Positions 36,945-45,295 of a stretch of 64,000 bases of DNA are shown here, in pieces. Under the pieces are notes generated by a model, which did no database searches, was not told the DNA's origin, and saw only the letters and a list, made by a program, of their open reading frames with translations. How positions within the stretch are numbered: position 1 is the stretch's first letter; every line of letters starts with the position of its first letter. This DNA is from Candidatus Coprenecus merdipullorum. Its GTDB lineage: Bacteria > Bacteroidota > Bacteroidia > Bacteroidales > UBA932. Location of the stretch: assembly GCA_019118865.1 (NCBI GenBank), contig DWYD01000181.1, forward strand, positions 431 to 64,430, read 5' to 3'. Made by a program: the position numbers and the translations under genes.

Positions 36945-39095
36945 TTATTCAACGATATCCAGCTCGTCGATCAGATTGGTGGCTCCGCCCAGCTTCTCGA
37001 TGATAAAGAGGACGTAGCGGATATCCACGCTGATGCACCTCTGGAGCTCGGGCTCGAAGATGATATCACCGCTCATGGACTCCCAGTTGCCGTCGAAGGC
37101 CAGGCCGATGAGCTCGCCGCGGCCGTTCATGATAGGAGAGCCGGAGTTACCGCCGGTGATGTCGAGGTTCGAGATGAAGGCTACGGGCATCTCGCCGTTC
37201 TCATTGGCATAGCGGCCGAAGTCCTTGGCCTCGTAGAGCTCTTTCAGCTTCTCGGGCACTACGAACTCCCAGTTGTCCGGGTCTTCCTTCTCCATCACGC
37301 CCTTGAGGGTGGTGTAGTAGTTGTAGAAGACGGCGTCACGGGGATAGTAGGGCATCACGGTACCGTAGGTCAGACGCATGGTGAAGTTGGCATCGGGATA
37401 GATGGCCTCGCCCTCACGCATCTCAAGAGTACCTGCGATATAATCCTTCTTACCCTGGGCGAACTGCTCGGCGTAAGAAACGAACTTGGTGGCATGAGGA
37501 ATGGAAGCCTCGAGATAAGAGCCGCGTACCTTGACGGCAGGATCATTGTTGATGGCGGTCACATCTCCGGCAGCAATGGCAGCCTGGGCCTTCTCAAGAG
37601 ATGTGAAAGCGGATGTGGCGTACAGATCCTCTACGAATGCATTGATATCACCGCCGAACCTGCTGTCGATGTCCTTGTAGAACGAAGGCAGCTGGTCTGC
37701 GGGAATGCTCTCCTTGAGCAGCTGAATCATAGCCACGGCCACCTTCTTGTCGGTAGGCATGGAATAATCCTCGTAGAATGATTCGAGACGGCTGTTCACG
37801 TCTGCCAGCAGCTTCTCCTTCTCGACGGGATCCTTCTCGGCCAGGGCCTTGGAGATCCTGCGGTTGTTGCCTGCAACGCTCACCAGCTCTATATTGCCTA
37901 TGCTCTCATTGATGTAGGTCATCAGGATATAGTCGGCCTTGCGTCCCTCGACAGCAGCGTTGATGTTCTCGAGAGCCTTGCCATAACGGGCGATACGCTC
38001 CTCTCCGCCTGCATTGACCCACTCGGTGAATGCCTGTTCCTCAGCGGCGCGGCGTGCCTCGACTCCGAGCTTTGCGAAGGTCTCGTTCATACCGATCCAC
38101 TTCTTCCAGCCGTTGGACGAGCCGGCGTACTTGCTGGCGTACTGAAGCATAATCTTGGGATCAGCCTCCATGTCGGCCATCAGCACATCCTGACGGAGGG
38201 TGCGCACCTTGATGGCGGCCTCGTTTTTCTCGGTGGTCTCACGCAGCTCGGAAGCAGTCATGAAACGGTTGGTCGAGCCGGGATATCCCATGATCATGGC
38301 GGGAGAACCCTCCTCGTAACCGGCGAGGGACACCTTCAGATACTGTTTCGGAGTATAGGGCACGTTGTTCTCGGAGTACTCGGCGGGGTTGTTGTTATGG
38401 TCTGCGTACACGCGGAATATGGAGAAGTCTCCGGTGTGACGGGGCCACATCCAGTTGTCGGTGTCGGCACCGAACTTACCGATGGCCTGAGGGGGAGCGC
38501 CCACGAAGCGCACGTCCCTGAACACCTTGTACACAATGTAATAGTAGGTGTTGCCTCCATAGAAAGAGTTGATGCTGCCGACGATGAACTTGCCGTCGCA
38601 GCCTGCCTTCTTGGCGAGCTTCTCCTCAAGTTTTGCCAGGGCTTTCTCCTTGTCCGCGGGTGTCTTGGCCTTGGCGACAGCCTTATTGACCTGTTCGGTC
38701 ACATCGGTGAAACTCTCGAGGAATCTCACGCTGAGACCCGGTGCGGGCAGCTCCTCCTCGAAGCTGAGGGCCCAGTAACCGTCGCGGAGGTAGTTGTGCT
38801 CCACGGAACTGAGGCTCTGAATGGTACCGAAGCCGCAGTGGTGGTTGGTGAAGAGCAGTCCCTGGTCGGACACAATCTCACCGGTACATCCGCCGCCGAA
38901 GATCACGATGGCGTCCTTCAGCGAAGAATTGTTGATGTCATATATCTGCTGAGGTGTGATTTCAAATCCCAACTCAGTCATCTTCCCGCTGTTCATCTTT
39001 TCCAGCAGGGGGAGCAGCCACATACCCTCGTCGGCCTTCACAGGAGCCAGGGGCATAAGCAGCAGCATCAATCCAAGCAATGTAGATTTTCTCAT
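36945..39095 (-). CDS. S46-family dipeptidyl-peptidase (DPP7/DPP11-like)
   Basis: The mature N-terminus is ADEGMWLLPLL. Also TNHHCG, and the catalytic Ser context ITGGNSGSPIMN. 716 aa. Confidence 0.9.
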   Translation of the reverse strand: MRKSTLLGLMLLLMPLAPVKADEGMWLLPLLEKMNSGKMTELGFEITPQQIYDINNSSLKDAIVIFGGGCTGEIVSDQGLLFTNHHCGFGTIQSLSSVEHNYLRDGYWALSFEEELPAPGLSVRFLESFTDVTEQVNKAVAKAKTPADKEKALAKLEEKLAKKAGCDGKFIVGSINSFYGGNTYYYIVYKVFRDVRFVGAPPQAIGKFGADTDNWMWPRHTGDFSIFRVYADHNNNPAEYSENNVPYTPKQYLKVSLAGYEEGSPAMIMGYPGSTNRFMTASELRETTEKNEAAIKVRTLRQDVLMADMEADPKIMLQYASKYAGSSNGWKKWIGMNETFAKLGVEARRAAEEQAFTEWVNAGGEERIARYGKALENINAAVEGRKADYILMTYINESIGNIELVSVAGNNRRISKALAEKDPVEKEKLLADVNSRLESFYEDYSMPTDKKVAVAMIQLLKESIPADQLPSFYKDIDSRFGGDINAFVEDLYATSAFTSLEKAQAAIAAGDVTAINNDPAVKVRGSYLEASIPHATKFVSYAEQFAQGKKDYIAGTLEMREGEAIYPDANFTMRLTYGTVMPYYPRDAVFYNYYTTLKGVMEKEDPDNWEFVVPEKLKELYEAKDFGRYANENGEMPVAFISNLDITGGNSGSPIMNGRGELIGLAFDGNWESMSGDIIFEPELQRCISVDIRYVLFIIEKLGGATNLIDELDIVE

Positions 39096-39110
39096 TTTTC
39101 TGAATTTTTT

Positions 39111-39118
39111 TAAATTTG
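39111..39118 (+). promoter_or_regulatory. Putative -7 promoter box (TAAATTTG)
   Basis: 20 nt upstream of the glycerate kinase ATG at 39138. Confidence 0.4.
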
Positions 39119-39123
39119 AAACA

Positions 39124-39131
39124 CAAATATA
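39124..39131 (-). promoter_or_regulatory. Putative -7 promoter box (TATATTTG on the minus strand)
   Basis: 29 nt upstream of the S46 peptidase ATG at 39095. Confidence 0.4.
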
Positions 39132-39137
39132 AAAATT

Positions 39138-40319
39138 ATGAGCGGTTTTGGCAAAATAGTAATAGCAACTGACAAATTCAAGGGTTCAATGACTGCGGTG
39201 CAGGCATCGGAGGCCATCCGGGACGGTATCCTGGAAGGAGTTCGGAAAAATAACGGAGACACGGCGGGCAGCACCGGCATTCCGCAAATTCTCCTACGGC
39301 CTATGGCGGACGGAGGGGAAGGCAGCATGGGCGTAATGGAAAGGGCCCTTCGGGAGAGCGGCATAGGCTATAGGAAGGAATTCATTCCGACGGTCAATCA
39401 CCTGGGTTCGCAGATCCTCGCTCCGGTACTGCTGTACAGCGCGGAGGACGGAACCCATCGCGCATTCGTGGAGATGGCCTCGGTCTGCGGCCTCAACATG
39501 ATTCCGCGGGAGAAGCGCAACCTGATGCGCTCGACGACCTACGGCCTCGGCACCGTCCTGCGCGAATGCATCGAGAGCCACGGGGTGCGGGAGATACTCC
39601 TGGCCATCGGCGGCAGCGGCACCAACGACGGAGGCTTCGGCCTGCTCTCCGCCCTCGGATGGTCCTTCTCCAACTCCAGTCCCTTCCGCAACCGCGACAT
39701 ACCCTCATTTATAAGCGGCATCGCCTCAGCCTCCGACCGCTCCGTGGCGGACATCTGCCCTCATCTGCGGCAGACCCGGATCACAGTGGCCACCGATGTG
39801 ACCAGTCCGCTGCTCGGTCCGCTCGGAGCCACAGCGGTATACGGCCCGCAGAAGGGATGCCGCAAACAGGACATTCCGGTATTTGAGAGTGCTTTAGAAA
39901 ATTGGCAAAGGGTCATCGGAGTTCCCGATTTCCCCGGAGCCGGAGCCGCCGGAGGCACGGGATACGCCCTGAAAGCCGCTCTGGGAGCAGAACTTGCAGC
40001 CGGCTGGAAGGTATTTGCCTCAATGCTGCATCTGGAAGAGGAGATTGCCTCGGCCGATCTGGTCATCACCGGCGAGGGCCGCTTCGACAAGTCCTCCCTG
40101 ACCGGGAAGCTCCCCGCCGGCATCGCCACCCTCTGCCGCCGTTACGGCAAGCCCCTCTGGGTCGTCACCGGCACCTGCCGCGTCCCCGCCGACCAACTCC
40201 AGATGCTCGGCATCACCCGCGTCATCGAACTTTCGGCCGCCGCCCTCCCTGAAGAAGACCCATTCGGAGATGCCCAGGCAATCATTCGGCATGCCATCGC
40301 CCCGGCAATTATCCATTGA
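39138..40319 (+). CDS. Glycerate kinase
   Basis: IVIATDKFKGSMTA, MADGGEG, LAIGGSGTNDGGFG and ADLVITGEGRFDKSSLTGK. Confidence 0.92.
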   Translation: MSGFGKIVIATDKFKGSMTAVQASEAIRDGILEGVRKNNGDTAGSTGIPQILLRPMADGGEGSMGVMERALRESGIGYRKEFIPTVNHLGSQILAPVLLYSAEDGTHRAFVEMASVCGLNMIPREKRNLMRSTTYGLGTVLRECIESHGVREILLAIGGSGTNDGGFGLLSALGWSFSNSSPFRNRDIPSFISGIASASDRSVADICPHLRQTRITVATDVTSPLLGPLGATAVYGPQKGCRKQDIPVFESALENWQRVIGVPDFPGAGAAGGTGYALKAALGAELAAGWKVFASMLHLEEEIASADLVITGEGRFDKSSLTGKLPAGIATLCRRYGKPLWVVTGTCRVPADQLQMLGITRVIELSAAALPEEDPFGDAQAIIRHAIAPAIIH

Positions 40320-40325
40320 ACCGCA

Positions 40326-41531
40326 CTACAGATATTCCCGGCCGGAAAGACCACGCCAAAGGGCATAGTACTTCAGAGTGGATACGGGCTTGACAGCGAT
40401 GAGCTGGTAGCGGAGCAAAGGTCCGCAGTTGAAGTACATCGAGCGGGAGAGGAATGTACCGTAACCTGTGATCTCCTCTATGCGGAACACCTCGTGATGC
40501 CCCTCATACGAAAGTTCCAGACGGTCACCGTACATGGCCACCGACGCGCTGTCGGAAAGCTGCGTGAACACCCCGTCCTTCTTGACAGTGAGCTTGAAGC
40601 AGCTGTCATCGTGCACTATCGGCTGTGCTGTCTTCTGCCTGAGCTCCGCGCAGTGCTCATGCACCCAGCGCTTCTGAAAGCGGTTCCACTCGGCAAAATT
40701 GTCGAAAGGCATGTACATTCCCTTCTCGAACGACCCGGTCTCCAGATATTTGGCCGTCAGGCCGCAGCTGCATGTGAGCCAGTTGCCCCGCGTCTCCACG
40801 GTGCCGAAACGGAGGCAGTGCGGACAGAGGTATGCGGCGTACTGCAGCCCCTCGGCCAGAGCATTCCCGCGATAGAGAGCCCCTGAAGCAGCCTGCTCCT
40901 CGTAGGCATTGACCCGCAGGTCCCGGCAGATGGCGGCATAGACCTCCTCGACCGTCATCCCGGCAAGTTCCTCCGGGGTGTATTCATGGACCAATTCTCC
41001 CCTCATAGGCCCCCTCCGCTTATGGTCGGCCCACCGCGGCCGCAGGAGGTACCCTCCGGTGAGGCGGTAGGTCAGCAGGGCCACGCCCGTATCCTTGACC
41101 AGGGCGGCGGTGCGGGGTGAGATGTACTCGGTCTCCCCGTCCCAGCTGCGGTTGCCCTCGGGGAACATTCCCACGGAGACGCCTGCCCTCAGATTGGCCT
41201 CTATCAGGGCAATGGCGGCGTCCCCCTTGGCACCCTTCTCCCGGGGGATAATGCCGAAGAGGGGGTTGAGGAAGAATCCTGCAATGCCCCGGGTCAATGA
41301 GGCATTGGCCACGAAGCGCATGTGCCTCCGGGTGCCGATGACCATCAAGGCGGGATCGAGGTTCTGGGTGTGGTTGCCCAGGCACAGAAAAGTACGGCTG
41401 CGCACCTTGCAGGGTTTATAAGTGATATGCAGGATGATGTTGACGAAAGGGCCTACGAATGTACGGCAAAAGGCGTAGACCCCACGCTGGAAGCCTACGC
41501 CTTTAGTAATCTTTGAACTGTCTGACTTCAT
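40326..41531 (-). CDS. PlsC-family acyltransferase with a C-terminal Cys-rich (zinc-ribbon-like) domain
   Basis: HX4D motif GNHTQNLDP, FPEGNRS, and CPHCLRFGTVETRGNWLTCSCG. Confidence 0.8.
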   Translation of the reverse strand: MKSDSSKITKGVGFQRGVYAFCRTFVGPFVNIILHITYKPCKVRSRTFLCLGNHTQNLDPALMVIGTRRHMRFVANASLTRGIAGFFLNPLFGIIPREKGAKGDAAIALIEANLRAGVSVGMFPEGNRSWDGETEYISPRTAALVKDTGVALLTYRLTGGYLLRPRWADHKRRGPMRGELVHEYTPEELAGMTVEEVYAAICRDLRVNAYEEQAASGALYRGNALAEGLQYAAYLCPHCLRFGTVETRGNWLTCSCGLTAKYLETGSFEKGMYMPFDNFAEWNRFQKRWVHEHCAELRQKTAQPIVHDDSCFKLTVKKDGVFTQLSDSASVAMYGDRLELSYEGHHEVFRIEEITGYGTFLSRSMYFNCGPLLRYQLIAVKPVSTLKYYALWRGLSGREYL

Positions 41532-41536
41532 GCAAC

Positions 41537-43267
41537 TTACTTTTGGTCAGCAGTCTGGTTCTTCTTAGCCTCTTCCTCTTCGAGTACGCGGTATGCCACC
41601 TTGCCCACAAGGGTCTTGGGCAGCTCGCTGCGGAACTCGATGTCGTAGGGCATGGCGTACTTGGCGATGTACTTGCGGCAATAGGCCAGGAGCTCGTCCT
41701 TGGTCTCCTGAGTGGGCTCGTTGCCAGGACGGAGCATGACGAAGGCCTTTACTTTCTGCATCTTGTAGGGGTCGGGCACGCCGATGATGCAGCTCATCTG
41801 TACCTTCTCGTGCGCATCCAGAATATTCTCGAGCTGGGCGGGATAAACGTTGTAGCCGGAGGTGACTATCATCCTCTTGATACGGCCGCGGAAGTAGACG
41901 AAGCCCTGGTCGTCCATGCTGCCGAGATCTCCGGTGTAGAGCCAGGTCAGGCCGTCGGCGTGCTTGCGCAGAGTCCTGGCGGTCTCCTCGGGCTTGCCGT
42001 AGTAGCCGAGCATGACGGTGGGGCCGGAGAGCACGATCTCGCCCTCCTCGCCGTAGGGCAGCTCCTCCTCCGTATCGGGCTTGACGATCTTGAAATAGGT
42101 GTCGGGGAAGGGTATGCCGATACTGCCCTCTTTCTGGAGCTTGACCGGAGTCAGGCAGCAGGCGGTGACGCACTCGGTGGTGCCGTAGCCCTCGCGCACC
42201 TTGATGGTGGCCTTGTGGTCGGCGAGGAACTTGTCCATCTTCTTCTTGAGCTCGATGGACAGGGAGTCTCCGCCTGAGAACACACCCTTGAGATGGGAGA
42301 AATCGGCATGTTCCATATTAGGCAGGCGCAGCATGGCCTCGTAGAGAGTCGGCACACCGGCGATGAAGTTGCATTTGTTCTTGGTGATGAGCTTGGAGTA
42401 GCTCTTGGGAGTGAAGCGGGGCACGAGGACGCACCTTCCGCCCTTGGCCAGCATCGTATGGATGCATACTCCGAGACCGAAGCCGTGGAAGACGGGCATG
42501 GCGGCCAGCATCTTGTCCCCGGGGTCGAACATCGGGTTGGTGGCGATGACCTGCTCGGCGAGGGCATTGAAGTTGCGGTTGGTGAGCATGATGCCCTTGG
42601 TGGTGCCGGTGGTGCCGCCGGAGTAGAGGATGACGGCGGGGTCGTTGTCGTCGCGCTCGACCTTGTAGTTGTAGAAGCAGCACTTGGCCAGCTTCATGAA
42701 CTCTTTCCAGCGGATGACCGGAGCGTCCTCGGGAATCTTGGCGATTTTGTAGCCCTCGGTGATCATGTAACCGGTCTTCAGGGGCTGTGCCAGCTCGTCC
42801 TTGATGCGGGCGAGGATGACGTTGACGATGCCGGTGTTCTTGCGGATGGCCTCGATCTTGCCGTAGAACTGGTCGAGGGTTATGACGGTGATGCTGTTGG
42901 ACTCGTTGAGGTAGAACTCTATCTCCTTCTCGCTCGAGAGCGGATGCACCATGCTGGCGATACCTCCGATGAGGTTGATGGCGTAGAACATGTAGATCGC
43001 CTGGGGGCAGTTGGGCATGGCGATGGTCACGCAGTCGCCCTTGCGGATGCCGATGGTCTTCAGGGCGCGGGCACACTGCTCTATCTTCTTGATCATCCTG
43101 GCGTAGGTGGTGGACTTGCCCATGAAGTCGAAGGCCACGTTCCTGGGATAACGGGCTGCGACGGAGGCGACCATGTCGAACATCGAGCCCTTAAAGTAGT
43201 CCAGATGCACGGGCACACCCTCGGTGTAGGGGTACCACGGCGTCTTTACGGTGTTGTTTTCAGACAT
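41537..43267 (-). CDS. AMP-dependent acyl-CoA/acyl-ACP synthetase (long-chain fatty acid ligase-like)
   Basis: YSGGTTGTTKG (AMP motif), GYGTTE, YTGDLG and PKTLVGKV. Confidence 0.9.
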   Translation of the reverse strand: MSENNTVKTPWYPYTEGVPVHLDYFKGSMFDMVASVAARYPRNVAFDFMGKSTTYARMIKKIEQCARALKTIGIRKGDCVTIAMPNCPQAIYMFYAINLIGGIASMVHPLSSEKEIEFYLNESNSITVITLDQFYGKIEAIRKNTGIVNVILARIKDELAQPLKTGYMITEGYKIAKIPEDAPVIRWKEFMKLAKCCFYNYKVERDDNDPAVILYSGGTTGTTKGIMLTNRNFNALAEQVIATNPMFDPGDKMLAAMPVFHGFGLGVCIHTMLAKGGRCVLVPRFTPKSYSKLITKNKCNFIAGVPTLYEAMLRLPNMEHADFSHLKGVFSGGDSLSIELKKKMDKFLADHKATIKVREGYGTTECVTACCLTPVKLQKEGSIGIPFPDTYFKIVKPDTEEELPYGEEGEIVLSGPTVMLGYYGKPEETARTLRKHADGLTWLYTGDLGSMDDQGFVYFRGRIKRMIVTSGYNVYPAQLENILDAHEKVQMSCIIGVPDPYKMQKVKAFVMLRPGNEPTQETKDELLAYCRKYIAKYAMPYDIEFRSELPKTLVGKVAYRVLEEEEAKKNQTADQK

Positions 43268-43454
43268 ATAGACAGGTTATAGGGATTTAACTCCGCTAAG
43301 ATACGCAAATATTTCCACGCGGGACTCTTTCAAGACAAGTTATGTGATCCCTTCAAGATACAGTTTTCAGCAAAAAGCATACGCTCAGCCGCTTACAGTC
43401 ACAACACTCCTCCGAAGTACCGTCATGCAGACGTCTGTCCGGCACCTAACGCCG

Positions 43455-43498
43455 TTCCACAACGGCACCTAATCGCAGGAAATGCTGCCGTTGTGGAA
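43455..43498. other. Perfect 13-bp inverted repeat (TTCCACAACGGCA-N18-TGCCGTTGTGGAA)
   Basis: Seen directly in the 291-bp intergenic region. A 9-bp direct repeat GGCACCTAA occurs at 43441 and 43465. Confidence 0.6.
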
Positions 43499-43558
43499 AT
43501 GGAGCGGAGAGGCAATGCCGCACATGCCGTAGCGGGACAAGAAAATTATATGGTTCTA

Positions 43559-44074
43559 TTAGAATACGAGACCTATCTTAACCGGCAGGAAGAAGCAGTC
43601 AAAGGCGTACGGAGGCATGAACTGAGCACGCAGTCCCAAGTCCAGGTCCACCGCTCCCAGATTTAAGGTAAATCCAAGCTCAGCGGCTCCATGAAAAAAC
43701 ACCGGACCACCGTCCTGCCAGTCAAATCCTACACCAAGCTCTACACCCGCATATCCCCGGGTACGTCCGTTCTGGGCGACAGGATAGTAATAGCGGGAAT
43801 GTGATGAGACATGTCCCACAGGTACCAGCGAGCACATAAATTCAGCACTGACTCCGGTATACAGTCCCGATTTCTCAAAATATGCTCCGTGTGATGTATG
43901 AAGAGATATTGACGGTGCAGTCGACAGAATCGGCAGAGGAATGTAGGGACTGATGTTTACACTGGTCATACCCATATAATGGACAGGTTTGTCCTGCGCA
44001 GACAGATTCCTTACACCGGTCATTGACAATATGCACACTAAAAGCACAGCTGAGATAGTTACAGTTTTTTTCAT
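43559..44074 (-). CDS. Small secreted protein, probable outer-membrane beta-barrel
   Basis: Signal peptide ending LSAQ, a Gly/aromatic-rich alternating pattern, and C-terminal KIGLVF. Confidence 0.5.
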   Translation of the reverse strand: MKKTVTISAVLLVCILSMTGVRNLSAQDKPVHYMGMTSVNISPYIPLPILSTAPSISLHTSHGAYFEKSGLYTGVSAEFMCSLVPVGHVSSHSRYYYPVAQNGRTRGYAGVELGVGFDWQDGGPVFFHGAAELGFTLNLGAVDLDLGLRAQFMPPYAFDCFFLPVKIGLVF

Positions 44075-44086
44075 AGAATTATAGAA

Positions 44087-44719
44087 TTAATGTATTGGTT
44101 CATCATTAAAGCCCATGTCTTTCCAAGTCACCTTAAGATCCACGTAACTATCGCCTGTGTTGAACCTCACATAGGTCTCCTTGTCTTCACCTGAGGAGTC
44201 CCACCAGTCTACATTGATTTCGACGGTCCTGTCTCCCTGTCCGCCTGTAGAAGGAAGAATATCCCAGATCCAGTCCGCCCCCCTCTCGGCAGTCCAGTCA
44301 TGGTCCGTCTGGTTCTTAACCGTTACCTTCTCATAGCCCATATAACCTTCCTCGAAATTCAGTACCGGCGGATCTACAAAGATTCCATAGACCATCTGGC
44401 GCACTACCACCTTCGCAGATGTATTACCGGCTTTGAAGGTAATGCTGCCCGTACGTCTGATATCCGAGGAAGTATTCTGCCACTCATCCAATGTTACCGT
44501 CACGACGGCATCTCCGAATCCCGACTCCTTGGACAGGCTGATCCAGTCCGCGTACGTAGTGACATTCCATGATCCTGCAGCACTTACATTCAGATCCACA
44601 GTTCCACCCTCCTCAAAGACATCGACAGAAGAAGTATCCACTGACACATACCGCTGACAAGAAGACATCAGCAATATCAATACTGCAACAAGAGGAAGTT
44701 TCATAAGTCCGTTTATCAT
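44087..44719 (-). CDS. BACON-domain lipoprotein
   Basis: Lipobox LMSSCQ. There are two repeats of the BACON-like pattern (GGTVDLNVSAAGSWNVTTYADWISL...; DHDWTAERGADWIWDI). Confidence 0.6.
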   Translation of the reverse strand: MINGLMKLPLVAVLILLMSSCQRYVSVDTSSVDVFEEGGTVDLNVSAAGSWNVTTYADWISLSKESGFGDAVVTVTLDEWQNTSSDIRRTGSITFKAGNTSAKVVVRQMVYGIFVDPPVLNFEEGYMGYEKVTVKNQTDHDWTAERGADWIWDILPSTGGQGDRTVEINVDWWDSSGEDKETYVRFNTGDSYVDLKVTWKDMGFNDEPIH

Positions 44720-44756
44720 ACTGTATAAAAGTTAAATTGGGTTAATATTCAGCTTA

Positions 44757-45149
44757 TTATTTTATTTCAAATACTCCTTCAGCATATAGAACCGGAGAAT
44801 CGATAACAATATAGTACTTGCCGGGGAATGACGGAGCTTCCATATTATAGGTATCGGGTATCATTCCGAAATAATACGAACTTTGATATATAACTGCACC
44901 ATCTTTTGTCAATACATAGATGTCCACATCTTTAAGCTGATATCCTGTTAAAATCAAATTCATTGACTGTTTATCCAACCATACCTCTATTTCAGAAGAT
45001 AGAGATCTGTCTTCTCCTGTATACTTTACATATTTTAAAGGTATTTCTTTTTTTAAGGCTTCATCATTAACTTTTTCATCGGCATACAAATTCAGTGTAA
45101 ACGCTGAGAACAACAAGATTGCAAGAATCGGCTTGATTAACTTTTTCAT
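44757..45149 (-). CDS. Small secreted beta-sandwich-like protein (DUF3244-like)
   Basis: Signal peptide MKKLIKPILAILLFSAFTLNLYA, then VDIYVLTKDGAVIYQ...GKYYIVIDSPVLYAEGVFEI. The coding sequence is very AT-rich. An alternative start is at 45161. Confidence 0.45.
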   Translation of the reverse strand: MKKLIKPILAILLFSAFTLNLYADEKVNDEALKKEIPLKYVKYTGEDRSLSSEIEVWLDKQSMNLILTGYQLKDVDIYVLTKDGAVIYQSSYYFGMIPDTYNMEAPSFPGKYYIVIDSPVLYAEGVFEIK

Positions 45150-45173
45150 ATATATTTGCATTAATATTTACCG

Positions 45174-45181
45174 CAAATATA
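45174..45181 (-). promoter_or_regulatory. Putative -7 promoter box (TATATTTG on the minus strand) inside an 11-bp inverted repeat
   Basis: TATATATTTGC (45149-45159) and GCAAATATATA (45173-45183) form a perfect inverted repeat. The box lies 13-25 nt upstream of the candidate ATGs. Confidence 0.35.
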
Positions 45182-45295
45182 TACTTCAATCCCATTCATT
45201 CTTCCAGAAAAAGTTTCATTTCAATATTTATTAATCGTTAATTATCAATGCATTATCAAAAAGAAAATTATCGTAGGTCCTGAATCGTTTCATTT

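Noticed and set aside
43268-43558. tRNA or other known small RNA gene in the long intergenic region
   Set aside because: There is no cloverleaf-compatible arrangement and no GGTTCGAATCC-like T-arm. I can only report hairpins. An Rfam scan is needed before calling any RNA gene.
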